From positions 198,723 to 262,722 of the forward strand of contig PSMU01000001.1 of the NCBI GenBank assembly GCA_040290255.1: DNA of 64,000 bases, written 5' to 3'. Under the pieces are notes generated by a model. The model was not told the origin of the DNA. It saw nothing but the letters and a program-made list of their open reading frames with translations, and did not search any database. Positions 1 through 9,839 of the stretch are shown piece by piece (positions within the stretch are counted from its first letter, which is position 1; each line of letters starts with the position of its first letter). Both the position numbers and the translations under genes were made by a program. Source of the stretch: Nitrososphaerota archaeon (GTDB taxonomy: Archaea > Thermoproteota > Nitrososphaeria > PSMU01).

Positions 1-609
1 CGCGCTGCCCAGCGCGCTCCTCTTGGCATGTCTGCCGAGGCCCCCCTTGAACCTCTCCTCCAGCCATACGTTTCCCCTCTCATGATAGCCGTAGGCCTCC
101 CAGTAGCCATCCCTATATGCCTCCATGAACTCGATCCTCGTAAGCCACTTGGCGCTCTTCCAGCCATAGAGGCTGGGTATGAAGGGCCTGGCCGGGAAGC
201 CCTGCTCCGGGGCCAGGGGCCTGCCGTTCATGCGCAGCGCGATGATGGCCTCCTCGCCCAGGGCATCCTCTATCGGCACGGGCGCGCTATAGCCATCCAG
301 GCAGTGGAACATGACCCATGTGGCCCTGGGGCTCACGCCCGCCTCCTGCGCCAGCTGCCTGATGGGCACGCCCTCCCAGGCCACATCCCTTATGCTCCAC
401 TTCGTGACGCAGTGAAAGGAGGCGACATAGCGCTTCAGCTCCCTAGCGAGCAGCTGCCCATAGGTGAGCTCGAGCGGCCTCTCCACCAGGCCTTCTACCC
501 TTAGCCTCCAGGATTGTATGTCGACGCGCGGCACGCCCAGCGCCGCGTAGATGATGAACCTCCTTCCCCAGACCTGGCCCGGAGGGAGGGACTGAGCCTT
601 TGGCTCCAT
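1..609 (-). CDS. molybdopterin-dependent oxidoreductase, sulfite-oxidase family (partial; C-terminus runs off window start)
   Basis: Manual minus-strand translation: MEPKAQSLPPGQVWGRRFIIYAALGVPRVDIQSWRLRVEGLVERPLELTYGQLL...FHCVTKWSIRDVAWEGVPI...LRMNGRPLAPEQGFPARPFIPSLYGWKSAKWLTRIEF, typical Moco-domain motifs; no stop before position 1; alternative in-frame ATG at 684. Not in ORF track because it has no stop in window. Confidence 0.6.
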   Translation of the reverse strand, partial: MEPKAQSLPPGQVWGRRFIIYAALGVPRVDIQSWRLRVEGLVERPLELTYGQLLARELKRYVASFHCVTKWSIRDVAWEGVPIRQLAQEAGVSPRATWVMFHCLDGYSAPVPIEDALGEEAIIALRMNGRPLAPEQGFPARPFIPSLYGWKSAKWLTRIEFMEAYRDGYWEAYGYHERGNVWLEERFKGGLGRHAKRSALGSA

Positions 610-718
610 GCGCGAGCATGCGGGGGCAGGAAGATAAGCCTTGATGCCTCGCGCTATGGTGAAAGGGGGGCAAGCATGGCCATGAAAAGGCTTTTAGTGG
701 CGGAGAGGAGGCGGGGCG

Positions 719-910
719 ATGGCGGCCCTCATCCTCGGCTTTGAGCCCTTTCAGGAGTACGATGAGAACCCCTCCCAGCTCGTGGCGGAGCGCCTGGGCG
801 GGAGGAGCATGGCAGGGGAGAGGGTGGTGGGGCGCGTGCTGCGCCTAGGGCTCGGGGTACATTGCTCCTCCTCCGGGGGTCTCCAAGATGACTTCATCGC
901 CCGGCTCTAG
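719..910 (+). pseudogene. N-terminal remnant of pyrrolidone-carboxylate (pyroglutamyl) peptidase-like gene
   Basis: 63 aa ORF; first ~40 aa MAALILGFEPFQEYDENPSQLVAERL...GERVVG match the Pcp N-terminus pattern (GFEPFgg..NPSwe); rest of the Pcp body absent; overlaps 3' end of convergent hyuB. Confidence 0.35.
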
Positions 911-2410
911 CTCGAGCGTGCACTTGCTGGGCAGCGCCAATTCTTGGCCCTTAGCTCTCCTGACGTGGGCGGCGCCCGGCCTTCCGGCTTCACCTCCCCA
1001 GAGCCCCCAGGGAGGGTTCCTGAACCTATCGGCCAGCAGCGAGAGCCTGCAGCGCTCCAGCACCCTGAAGGCCCTCACTATGCCATCCCCCCCTCTATAC
1101 CTGCCGCGGCCGCCGCTGCCCTCCCTTATCCTGTAGGCGGTGAAGAGCAGCGGATAGGCCCTCTCGGCCACCTCGATGGGCGTGTTGAGCGTATTGGTCA
1201 TGTTCACCTGCACGGCCGATACGCCGTGCCGGCCGGGCCTTGCGCCGGTGCCGCCTCCTATCGTCTCATAGTAGGCCCAGGGGCCCGCTGGCCCCACGCC
1301 CCCCAGGAGCACGTTCATCATCGTGCCGGAGCCCGCCGCGGGTATCCTGTGGGGCAGCGCTTGCGCCAAGGCCCTGAAGGCCACGTCCGCCACCCTCTGG
1401 CTCGTCTCGAGGTTACCGCCCGCCACGGGCGCAGGGCGGTGGGGGTTAACCAGGCTCCCAAGGGGCGCCCGCACCTCTATGAGCGCGTAGAAGCCCTCGT
1501 TCGTGGGCACCTCTCGCTCCAGCGCGCACCTCACCGCGAAGGCGGTGGCCGAATAGGTGACGCCGTAGACGGCGTTGAGCGGCGCCTCCACCTCCTGATC
1601 CGTGCCCGTGAAGTCCGCCCTTATGCCTCGCTCGCCTATCTGCAGCCTCAGCCTTATCCTGAGGTCCCGCTCGCCCAGCTCCAAATAATCCTCGGCCTCA
1701 TAGGTGCCCGCCCGCCAGGAGCCCATCTGGCGCAACGCCAGCTCGCGCCCGTGGGCCAGCGCCCTCTCCCATGCCTCCCTCAGGGCCTCGAGGCCCCTGC
1801 GCTCCAGCAGCTCCTGCAGCATCCTTATCCCCCTGAGGTTGGCGGCCAGCTGCGCGCCCAGGTCGCCCCTGCTCACGTGCGCCGCCTTCACGTTGGCCTC
1901 TATCAGGCCCAGCAGCCCCTCATCGAGATGCCCGGCCCTGACGAGCCTTACGGGCGGTATGATGAGGCCCTCCTCGTAGAGGGTCCTGGCCTGGGGGTTT
2001 ATGCTGCCGGGCACGGGCCCGCCTATGTCCACGTGGTGGGCCTTGTTCACCACATAGGCCACCACCTCTCCCCTATAATACACCGGGGCCAGCAGCATGA
2101 CGTCGTTGAGGTGTGTGCCCGAGATGTAGGGGTCGTTGAGCGCCAGCATATCCCCCTCGCCCAGCTCGAGGCCCTCCTTCTCGAGCCAGGAGAGCGCGTT
2201 GGAGAGGCCTACCCTGAAGGAGCCCAGGTGCACGGGTATGTGCTCGGCCTGGGCCACGATCCTTCCGCGCTCATCGGCTAGGGCGCAGCTGTGGTCCAGC
2301 CTCTCCCTTATGTTGGGCGAGAGCGCGGACCTCTTGAGGGCCACGCCCATCTCCTCGGCTATGAAGGCGGAGGCCCTGTACAGCACCTCCCAGGAAGGAG
2401 GGGACATCAT
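845..2410 (-). CDS. hyuB: hydantoinase B / 5-oxoprolinase subunit B family protein
   Basis: Track ORF 845..2584 trimmed to ATG at 2410 (MMSPPSWEVLYRASAFIAEEMG), which overlaps the hyuA stop; HyuB-family body; ends 5 aa after the GGG motif (TPGGGAMYPEP). Confidence 0.8.
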   Translation of the reverse strand: MMSPPSWEVLYRASAFIAEEMGVALKRSALSPNIRERLDHSCALADERGRIVAQAEHIPVHLGSFRVGLSNALSWLEKEGLELGEGDMLALNDPYISGTHLNDVMLLAPVYYRGEVVAYVVNKAHHVDIGGPVPGSINPQARTLYEEGLIIPPVRLVRAGHLDEGLLGLIEANVKAAHVSRGDLGAQLAANLRGIRMLQELLERRGLEALREAWERALAHGRELALRQMGSWRAGTYEAEDYLELGERDLRIRLRLQIGERGIRADFTGTDQEVEAPLNAVYGVTYSATAFAVRCALEREVPTNEGFYALIEVRAPLGSLVNPHRPAPVAGGNLETSQRVADVAFRALAQALPHRIPAAGSGTMMNVLLGGVGPAGPWAYYETIGGGTGARPGRHGVSAVQVNMTNTLNTPIEVAERAYPLLFTAYRIREGSGGRGRYRGGDGIVRAFRVLERCRLSLLADRFRNPPWGLWGGEAGRPGAAHVRRAKGQELALPSKCTLELEPGDEVILETPGGGAMYPEP

Positions 2411-4365
2411 GCCCTGCGCAGCCTCAGCTCCCCCAGCGGGCCCACATGAAAGGCCCAGCCTCCGGGCACCACGGTGCAGGAGCCGTACTCCTCCACGAGC
2501 GCGGGCCCCCCATACAGGGCCCCGGGCTTCAGGGCCTCCCTTCGGTAGACCGTTGAAAGGTGCCATTCGCCCCCCGCCAGGCACCTCCTCCGCCCGCTCA
2601 CGGCCTCGCCCTTGGGAGACGGGGGCATGAGCCTGGGCCTGGGCCGGCGAAGGATGCCGTGGACCCTGATGGTGACCACTTCTATGCGATGCTTTAGCGT
2701 GAAGCCGAAGGTGGCCAGGTGCTTCTGCTCAAAGCTCTCCTGCACCTGCCGCTCCGAGCAGGGCCTGGGCACGGGCAGCGTGAGCTCCCAGCCCTGCCCC
2801 TCATACCTTACGTCGGCATACCTGACAAAATAATCCACGCGGCCCAGCCTGGAGCTGAGCCGGGCCTCGAGCTCGGCATACGCGCTCTCCAGGGCCCTGG
2901 GGAAGGAGGCCCTTGCCTCGAACCTCCAATCGGCGAGCAGCAGGCCCAGCGCGCTGAAGGCGCCAGGGTGAGGCGGTATGATGACCTGGCGAATGCCCAG
3001 CTCCTGGGCCAGCTCGGCGGCATGCTGGGGCCCCGCGCCCCCGAAGGCGATGAGCGAAAACCTCCCCGGCTCCAGCCCCCTCTCCACCGTGACGAGCCTT
3101 ATCGCCCTGGCCATCTCCACGTTGATCAGCTCTATCGCGCTCCTGGCCACCTCGAGCGGCTCGCCCAGCCCGGAGAGCGCCCTGAGCGCTGCCGCGACGT
3201 CGAGCCTGAGCTCCCCTCCCAGCAGGCATTCGCCTATCCTGCCCAGGGCCAGGTTTGCGTCGGTGATGGTGGGCTGGGCGCCGCCCCTTCCATAACATGC
3301 GGGGCCCGGCTCCGCCCCCGCGCTCAAGGGCCCGACCCTCTGCGCGCCCGCTTCATCCCTCCAGATGATGGTCCCCCCTCCCGCGGAGACCTCGGCCACG
3401 TCCACGAAGGGGAACCGGACGGGATAGCCCGAGCCCTTCACGAGCCTGCCGTGGTGTGCCTCGCCGCCCACCTCATACTCGCCGGTGACCTGCACCTCTC
3501 CCTCCACGATGGTGCCGGCCTTGGCCGTGGTGCCGCCCATATCCAGGCTGATGGCCTGGCCCTCGTTCATCATCCTGGCCAGCTCCGCGGCCGCCACCAC
3601 ACCCGCCGCGGGCCCGCTCTCGATCAGCTGCACGGGCCTCGCCGCCGCCTCCTCGGGGTCCACGAGCCCCCCTGAGCTCGACATGATGTGCAGCGCGCTC
3701 GACCTTAATGCGCCGCGCAGCCGTCCGAGGTAGCCGGAGATGAGCGGCATGAGGGCGGCGTTCACCACGGCCGTGGACGTCCTTTCGTACTCCCTGGGCT
3801 CAGGGGCCACGTCATGGGAGAGCGTGATGTGCTTTACCGCCCCGCGCAGCGCTTCTCCGGCCCTGAGCTCGTGCCGGGGGTTGGCGTAGGAGTGCAGGAA
3901 GCCGATGGCCAAGGCCTCGACGCCCCTGGCCCTGAGCTGCTCCTTAACCTGCTCCAGCTCCTCCTCGTTGAGCGGCAACAGCACATTGCCCTGCGCGGTA
4001 ACCCTCTCGCCCACCTCGAACCTGAGCTCCTTCGGGACCAGGGGCCTGGGCCGCTCAAAGAAGGGGTCGTACAGCTTGGGCCTGTTCTGCCTCCCTATCT
4101 CTATTATATCCCCGAAGCCCTTCGTGGTGAGGAGCGCGACCCTGGGCAGCTCGAGCCCAATCTGCCCCCTGAGCGCGTTCGTGGCCACCGTGGAGGCATG
4201 CAGCACCTCGCCGACGGGGCCCACCCTCTCCAGCCCCTCGAGCACCACGCCCTCCGGCTCCCGCGGGCGCGTCAGGGCCTTGAAGGAGCGCAGCTCCCCT
4301 CCTTCATCGACGTACACGAAGTCCGTGAAGGTTCCTCCCACGTCGACGGCCACGGCGAGGGGCAT
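2407..4365 (-). CDS. hyuA: hydantoinase A / 5-oxoprolinase subunit A family protein (ATP-dependent)
   Basis: 652 aa; N-terminus MPLAVAVDVGGTFTDFVYVD is the typical HyuA/ASKHA ATPase start; stop overlaps hyuB start (ATGA). Confidence 0.85.
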   Translation of the reverse strand: MPLAVAVDVGGTFTDFVYVDEGGELRSFKALTRPREPEGVVLEGLERVGPVGEVLHASTVATNALRGQIGLELPRVALLTTKGFGDIIEIGRQNRPKLYDPFFERPRPLVPKELRFEVGERVTAQGNVLLPLNEEELEQVKEQLRARGVEALAIGFLHSYANPRHELRAGEALRGAVKHITLSHDVAPEPREYERTSTAVVNAALMPLISGYLGRLRGALRSSALHIMSSSGGLVDPEEAAARPVQLIESGPAAGVVAAAELARMMNEGQAISLDMGGTTAKAGTIVEGEVQVTGEYEVGGEAHHGRLVKGSGYPVRFPFVDVAEVSAGGGTIIWRDEAGAQRVGPLSAGAEPGPACYGRGGAQPTITDANLALGRIGECLLGGELRLDVAAALRALSGLGEPLEVARSAIELINVEMARAIRLVTVERGLEPGRFSLIAFGGAGPQHAAELAQELGIRQVIIPPHPGAFSALGLLLADWRFEARASFPRALESAYAELEARLSSRLGRVDYFVRYADVRYEGQGWELTLPVPRPCSERQVQESFEQKHLATFGFTLKHRIEVVTIRVHGILRRPRPRLMPPSPKGEAVSGRRRCLAGGEWHLSTVYRREALKPGALYGGPALVEEYGSCTVVPGGWAFHVGPLGELRLRRA

Positions 4366-4521
4366 AGGGCTCTGACCACGGCCCGCGCGGCGGCGCGATT
4401 TTAAGGGTGCCCCAAGCGCCCGCCCATCGCCCTGGCGGGGCTGCAGGCTCGCATATCGCGCCAGGCCAAGCGGCCCCTAAGATGGCCAAATCCATGCGGC
4501 CCTCTATGTTCTCAAGGAGAC

Positions 4522-5979
4522 CTAGGGCCCTGCTGGCTCCTCCCTGGGGCCCGCCGCGGCCAGGTTCTGCAGGATGATGGCGAAGGAGGCCTCCATGCTC
4601 AGCAGCCCGCCGGTGGGCCCCCCTTCGGCCACCACCAGGTACTCGTTGGGCGAGTGCGCCAGCCCGCCATGGCCCAGCCCTCCTTCCACGAAGGGGAGGC
4701 CCAGAGGAGGGGCGGCGAAGAGCGAGAAGGGCGCGCTGCCCGCGAGCGTGGGCCAGACCTCCACCTCCTTCCCCAGGGCCCTATAGGCCTCGCGCACCGC
4801 CTTGGCATACTTGTGGCCGTAGGGCATGCGGGCCGGGGGATAGCCCACATCGAGGGGCCGGAGCTCCACCTCCGGAAAGCCCCTCCTGTTCAGGTGGTCC
4901 CTGATCATGGGCAGCACCCTCTCCACCTTCATATTCGGCACGAGCCTTACGTCCATCTTCACGGTGATCTTATGGGGCAGGAGGGTCTTTGAGCCCGGCC
5001 CTATATAGCCTCCCCAGATGCCATCTATGTTCAGCGTGGGGCTGAAGAGGTAGAGCTTCAGCGCCTCCTCGCCGCTGGCATCGCCTATGAACTTGCTCAC
5101 CCTCAGCTGCTCCTTCATGGCGGCCTCATCGAAGACCTTGGCCAGCTCCCTCACGAGCCTCAGGTCCTCCTGCGTGGGCACGGCCACATCATCGTAGAAG
5201 CCCTCGATGAGCACCCTGTTGCCATCGGGCGAGGTCATGGTCGCGAGCGCCTGTATCATCCTCCAGGCGGGGCTGTCCACCCAGGCCTTGTTGCTGCCAT
5301 GTATGCCGAACTCCAGGGGCCCCCTTCCCCACTTCGCTCCATCGAGCTCGAGCTCAAAGTACACGATCCCCTTCACGCCAAGGTGCTGGACGGCCCTTCC
5401 CCTCCTGTTCTCGGAGGGGATGGGGAAGAAGAGCAGGTCGGCCTTGGAGAGCTCGCCCTTCATGGCCTCAATGAACTCCGGCAGGTGCCTGCTGCCCAGC
5501 TCCTCCTCGCCCTCTATCGCGAAGATGAGGTTCACGGGCAGCTCCCCGCTCACCTCCCTTATCGCCTCGCAGGCGTTGAGGAAGCCGGCCAGCGCGCCCT
5601 TCGTGTTATAGGCGCCCCTGGCTACAAGGCAGGCGCCAAAGGGCTCGAGCTCGATGACCCTGCCCTCAAAGGGGGGCACCCTCCACGAGGGCTCATCGGC
5701 GGGCTGTGTATCATACATGCCGTAGAGCAGCACCGTCAGGGGGGCGCCCGCATCATAGGTTCCGAAGACGACGGGGTTTCCCGAGGTCTCCACCAGCCTG
5801 GCATCCTCGCAGCCCAGCTCCTTTAGGTAGCGCCTCACGAGCTCGGCGCACTCCCTTATCCCCCTATCCTCGGGGCTCACTGAGGGCTGCCTCACGAGCT
5901 CCTGGAGCCTCCTCAGATGCCGCTCATAGCGGCCCTTCAGGTAAGCGATGAGCCTTCCCTGATCGAGGGCCTTGGGCAC
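4522..5979 (-). CDS. M20-family metallo-amidohydrolase (possibly N-carbamoyl-amino-acid amidohydrolase-like)
   Basis: 485 aa; M20 motifs (GAYNTKGALAGF, IEGEEELGS); directly upstream of hyuAB on the same strand. Confidence 0.75.
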   Translation of the reverse strand: MPKALDQGRLIAYLKGRYERHLRRLQELVRQPSVSPEDRGIRECAELVRRYLKELGCEDARLVETSGNPVVFGTYDAGAPLTVLLYGMYDTQPADEPSWRVPPFEGRVIELEPFGACLVARGAYNTKGALAGFLNACEAIREVSGELPVNLIFAIEGEEELGSRHLPEFIEAMKGELSKADLLFFPIPSENRRGRAVQHLGVKGIVYFELELDGAKWGRGPLEFGIHGSNKAWVDSPAWRMIQALATMTSPDGNRVLIEGFYDDVAVPTQEDLRLVRELAKVFDEAAMKEQLRVSKFIGDASGEEALKLYLFSPTLNIDGIWGGYIGPGSKTLLPHKITVKMDVRLVPNMKVERVLPMIRDHLNRRGFPEVELRPLDVGYPPARMPYGHKYAKAVREAYRALGKEVEVWPTLAGSAPFSLFAAPPLGLPFVEGGLGHGGLAHSPNEYLVVAEGGPTGGLLSMEASFAIILQNLAAAGPREEPAGP

Positions 5980-6002
5980 AGGGGAGCCTGGGGGCGCGGT
6001 AG

Positions 6003-9000
6003 TTAAGCCCTGCCCTCTGTCCCCCGCCTTGCCTTGGCCCTCCTGAGCGCATAGGCGGCTAGGGCGGACAGGGCCGCGAGGCCCCCGGCCATGGCCGCGA
6101 GGGCGGGGATGTTGTACGAGAAGGCGGCGCCCAGGGCCTGGGGCGAGCTGACGACGAGCGAGATGGAGGAGGAGGTGGCGTTGACCGCGCCCGACCAGCC
6201 CCTAAAGGCATACAGGAAGCTCGAGGGCCTGGCGCGGAGCTCTATGGCGCTTCCCGGGGGCACGTAGAGCGTCTGCGCGCCCGTTATGGTCCCCGAGCCG
6301 GCGCCGTAGCTATAGTCCACGTATCCCGGCCCGGTGATGGAGATGGCCAGGCCCGGATAGAAGAGCGCGGTCTCGTTCAGCGGCGCGCTCACGCGCACCA
6401 GCGCGGAGCTGGAGGGGCCCGAGAAGGCGCCGGGGCCCTCGCCCCGCCATCCCTGGAACCGCCATCCCTGCTGGGCGCTCGCCGAGAGCTGAAGCGCTTG
6501 AGAGGCGTTATACCAGCCGCTTTGGGGGCTCACCTGGCCTCCCGCCTCGGGCTCGGCGCGCACGAAGACATAGTACTGATGATAATATGCGGGCGCTATG
6601 GTGCCGGGCATCGTTATCTGGCCCTGGGGCTGTGGGGCATACCACCGCTCGCGGCCGGCGCTGCCCGGCAGCAGCTGAGGATATGAGTAGGTGGACCCCG
6701 CATCGGCCCAGGCGGGGACAGGGCCCGAGGAGCTCAGCGGGAGTTGCAGCGGCCTGCCAAGGCTGAAGAGGCTGACCGTGGGCGGCGAAGAGCCGCTGTG
6801 CCCTCCAATGATGACATAGCCGAAGGAGACGAGGTACTGATGGTGGTATGTTATGGCCAGCTCCAGCGGCCCCGCGAGCAGGCCCATATTTGCGGCATTG
6901 GCCTGCCACCTCTCATTCTGGGTCAAAGCCTGCAGCGTGGCCGGAAAGGAGTAGGGCGAGCCGGCATCGGCCCAGACCTGGGCTGGCCGTTCTGAAAGCG
7001 TGAGCGTGGAGCTCAGGCCCAGCGATATATAGCTCAAGGAGGGAGGCGGAGGCGCGCCGCCCCCGCTGACCGAATACGATATGGTGAGCAGGTACTGGTG
7101 GTAGTAGAGCGCCTTATAAAGAAGGGGCCCCGTGATGTAGCCCGAGGCGTTGGGCGCATACCACCTTTCGCCCTGCCCCCCGGCCATGACGGCCTCAAAG
7201 CTGTAGCCGGAGCGCGCGTCGGCCCAGGCCATCACGCCGCCGGCGGAGGAGGGCATGGAGCTGGCCAGGCCAAAGCTGGAGAAGGTAACTAGGGGCGGGC
7301 CAAAGGCGGAGCCATCGCTGGAGGCGTGCGCGAAGGTCACCAGATACTGATGATAGAAGGAAAAGGCCATGGTCAGGGGCTGCAGCGCGGTGCCGTTGGC
7401 GGGCTGATGGGTGGCCCACCTCTCGAGGCCGCCGGGCGAATAGAGGCTCGGCGTCACGCTCCAGGGCGTGCCATAGTCCGCCCGGTAGGTGGTGGGGACC
7501 CGGCTCAGGGGGGCCTTGATGGTCATGCCATCGGATACATATGTGAGCAGCGGCGGGCTAGGGGGCTCAGGGCCGTTAGGCACTATGTAGCTGAGCGTGA
7601 GGCTCACCTTCGGTATGACCATGCTCGCCCTGCTGATGAAGGTGGCCCAGCCCTGCGGCGTTCCGTATTCGCCAGCAAGCCAGACCGAGGAGGGGTCCGA
7701 TGGATCATCGCTGGCCCCAAAGTAATCGCCGTAGCGGCAGACGTTGGGTGGCACGAGGAAGCCGCAGACCGTCTGCTCGGGCCCGCTGCCCTGTCTTATG
7801 GCGCTCAAGGAGGCGAGGAGCGAGCTGGGGTCCTCGAAGGGGGCAAGGCCCGCGGCCCCCAGGCTGGGGTAGGAGGAGCTGGAGGAGTAGCCGAAGGCCA
7901 TGTAGAGGTTCGAGCGACCATCCAAGGCCAGGGCGGGGTAAAAGAGATAGAGGCCAGGGCCCGCGTGCACAGTAAAGTCGATGGGGGCCACGAGCGCGCT
8001 CAGGTCGGCCTTCACGAGCCTGAAGCAGGACCTGGGCTGGACATCGCCAGGAGGGGTACAGGCCTCGTTAAAGGTGAGCCAGAGCGCGTTGCCCGAAAGT
8101 ATGGCCGCCTGGGGCCTGAAATCTCCCGTATGCAGCAGCTTATCCGTGCCCCGCTGGGGCGCATCAGGAGGCGCTTGGGCGCTGCGTATGCCCACGTCGA
8201 GCCTGGCCAGCGAGACGGGCGCGGGCGGCACGCCCTGCACCCTGAACAGGGCCAAGGTGCCGCCGCAGTACATTACGCAGGCCATGTAGGCGAAGGTCGA
8301 GGGGCCCCTGGGGCGGGTCGGATGCAGCGAAAAGAACTCGGCATAGGGGCCCAAGGCAGCATAGCGCACGCTCGTTCCGGAGAGCAGGTCGGCCTTATTC
8401 AGCACCCACACGTAGGCGCCCAGGAAGGAGCTGAGGCTTGGCAGCGAGAAGAGGTTGGCCGAGAGCACCACCTGGCCATCGCTGAACCCCAGCATGGGCT
8501 GGTCTGGCGCCGTGCCGGGCGGGGCGGGCAGCGCATATACCCGCCAGGCAGAGGTGGGGTCCGAGGACGAGGAGATGGCGAAGAGCACCGCGCTGGAGGT
8601 GAAGTCAAATGCGGAGGCATACCACCTCCCGGCGCCCGCATCGAAAGCGAGCTGGGGGTCGCCGATATGGTGCCATCTTGGCGCGCCGAAGAAGGAGTAG
8701 AGATCCCTGGCCATGAGGGGCGTGCCGTCCTTCAGCCAGACGCTGAGCTGCAGGTTCACCATCTCCGCTACATGCAGCGGCCCGACGGCCAGCTGCACGT
8801 CCGGCGGCGCGGTCTTAAGGAGGCTTGAGGCATAGCTTATGCCCTCGAAGGCCTGCGCGAAGTGCAGGTTTGCCTGGCTCGGGGCGGGCGCCTGCGTAGC
8901 GGCCGGCCCTGGGCCCTCGGCGCCCCTTGAAGCCAGCGCTGGCGCGGAACCTGGAGGGCCCTGGGCGAGCGCGGCGGGCAGGAGCAGGAGGAGCGCCAGC

Positions 9001-9035
9001 AGGGGCAGGAGCCCCCTCACAGGGCCAAATGGCAA
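6003..9035 (-). CDS. large secreted, C-terminally membrane-anchored surface protein with tandem repeat domains
   Basis: 1010 aa; N-terminal signal peptide (LLPLLALLLLLPAALAQG); at least four ~75 aa repeats with recurring YHHQYL / WADAGS.YS / ERW.A motifs; C-terminal hydrophobic helix followed by RRAKARR. Confidence 0.7.
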   Translation of the reverse strand: MPFGPVRGLLPLLALLLLLPAALAQGPPGSAPALASRGAEGPGPAATQAPAPSQANLHFAQAFEGISYASSLLKTAPPDVQLAVGPLHVAEMVNLQLSVWLKDGTPLMARDLYSFFGAPRWHHIGDPQLAFDAGAGRWYASAFDFTSSAVLFAISSSSDPTSAWRVYALPAPPGTAPDQPMLGFSDGQVVLSANLFSLPSLSSFLGAYVWVLNKADLLSGTSVRYAALGPYAEFFSLHPTRPRGPSTFAYMACVMYCGGTLALFRVQGVPPAPVSLARLDVGIRSAQAPPDAPQRGTDKLLHTGDFRPQAAILSGNALWLTFNEACTPPGDVQPRSCFRLVKADLSALVAPIDFTVHAGPGLYLFYPALALDGRSNLYMAFGYSSSSSYPSLGAAGLAPFEDPSSLLASLSAIRQGSGPEQTVCGFLVPPNVCRYGDYFGASDDPSDPSSVWLAGEYGTPQGWATFISRASMVIPKVSLTLSYIVPNGPEPPSPPLLTYVSDGMTIKAPLSRVPTTYRADYGTPWSVTPSLYSPGGLERWATHQPANGTALQPLTMAFSFYHQYLVTFAHASSDGSAFGPPLVTFSSFGLASSMPSSAGGVMAWADARSGYSFEAVMAGGQGERWYAPNASGYITGPLLYKALYYHQYLLTISYSVSGGGAPPPPSLSYISLGLSSTLTLSERPAQVWADAGSPYSFPATLQALTQNERWQANAANMGLLAGPLELAITYHHQYLVSFGYVIIGGHSGSSPPTVSLFSLGRPLQLPLSSSGPVPAWADAGSTYSYPQLLPGSAGRERWYAPQPQGQITMPGTIAPAYYHQYYVFVRAEPEAGGQVSPQSGWYNASQALQLSASAQQGWRFQGWRGEGPGAFSGPSSSALVRVSAPLNETALFYPGLAISITGPGYVDYSYGAGSGTITGAQTLYVPPGSAIELRARPSSFLYAFRGWSGAVNATSSSISLVVSSPQALGAAFSYNIPALAAMAGGLAALSALAAYALRRAKARRGTEGRA

Positions 9036-9754
9036 GGGGGATTTAAAAGCCTAGTCCCTACAGCTTGCGCCTGGGCCCCCTCCTTCCTCAGGAGGCTCAA
9101 GAAGGCGCGTGCGGGCCTGACCATGTTCAGGTAGTGAAAGGAGAAGTAGGCCTCCCTTGGGCTCAGCGCGCGCAGCCTTGCCCTGAGCTCCTGGAGCGCC
9201 TCCTGCCGCACGCCGAACCCGAAGAGGCGGGCATAGAGCAGCTCATGGGCATAAGAGGGCAGCTCCCTGAGCAGGTCCACGGCATGCACGATGCCCAGTT
9301 CGCGCAGCACCTCTATGGCCTGCGCGGCCAGCGGCCTCATGGTCCTTCCTCCGGGGTCTAGGGCGAGCGCCACCTTACGCCCTACCGTCGATGCCAGCTC
9401 CCTGAGCCCCGAAAGCGCCGGCCCATCGAGCGGAAGGGAGGAAGGCGTCTGAAGCAGCAGCGCGCGGGCCCTGAGCTCCCCGCAGACCTCCAGCATGCGC
9501 TCCAGGCATGCCAGGGCCCGCGCGCTCGGCCTGAGCCGCTCCTCATGTGTTATGATCCTATTGCACTTGACCGTGAAGGCGAAGGAGGGCGGCACGCTCC
9601 TCCTCCAGGCCTTAACCCTCTCCAGCGGGGGCAGCGCGTAGAAGGTGGAGTTGACCTCGGCGAAGTTGAAAAGCCTGGAGTAGCGGGCCAGCATATGGTA
9701 GGGCGGTTCGTTGGAGGCCCACCCGCCCGTGCCCACGTACACCTTGGTCTCCAT
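9017..9754 (-). CDS. DUF72 family protein
   Basis: METKVYVGTGGWASNEPPYHMLARYSRLFNFAEVNSTFYALPP matches the DUF72 (YecE-like) N-terminus; start taken at the internal ATG. Confidence 0.65.
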   Translation of the reverse strand: METKVYVGTGGWASNEPPYHMLARYSRLFNFAEVNSTFYALPPLERVKAWRRSVPPSFAFTVKCNRIITHEERLRPSARALACLERMLEVCGELRARALLLQTPSSLPLDGPALSGLRELASTVGRKVALALDPGGRTMRPLAAQAIEVLRELGIVHAVDLLRELPSYAHELLYARLFGFGVRQEALQELRARLRALSPREAYFSFHYLNMVRPARAFLSLLRKEGAQAQAVGTRLLNPPCHLAL

Positions 9755-9839
9755 CCGTGGCCCCGTGGAAGGCCGTAGCGACATGAGGTTATAGCCTTGC
9801 CGGCTCCTTGGCCATAGCCCTGGGCTTCCCTGTCGCAGG

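Noticed and set aside
28-504. Plus-strand 158 aa ORF at the window start
   Set aside because: The opposite strand over the same bases encodes a clear sulfite-oxidase-family Moco domain; the plus-strand product is a high-GC antisense artefact.
944-2281. 445 aa plus-strand ORF
   Set aside because: Antisense to hyuB; Arg/Pro/Gly/His-rich low-complexity product with no recognisable domain.
7326-8828. 500 aa plus-strand ORF
   Set aside because: Antisense to the surface-protein gene; Gly/Arg/Ala-rich artefact typical of GC-rich DNA.
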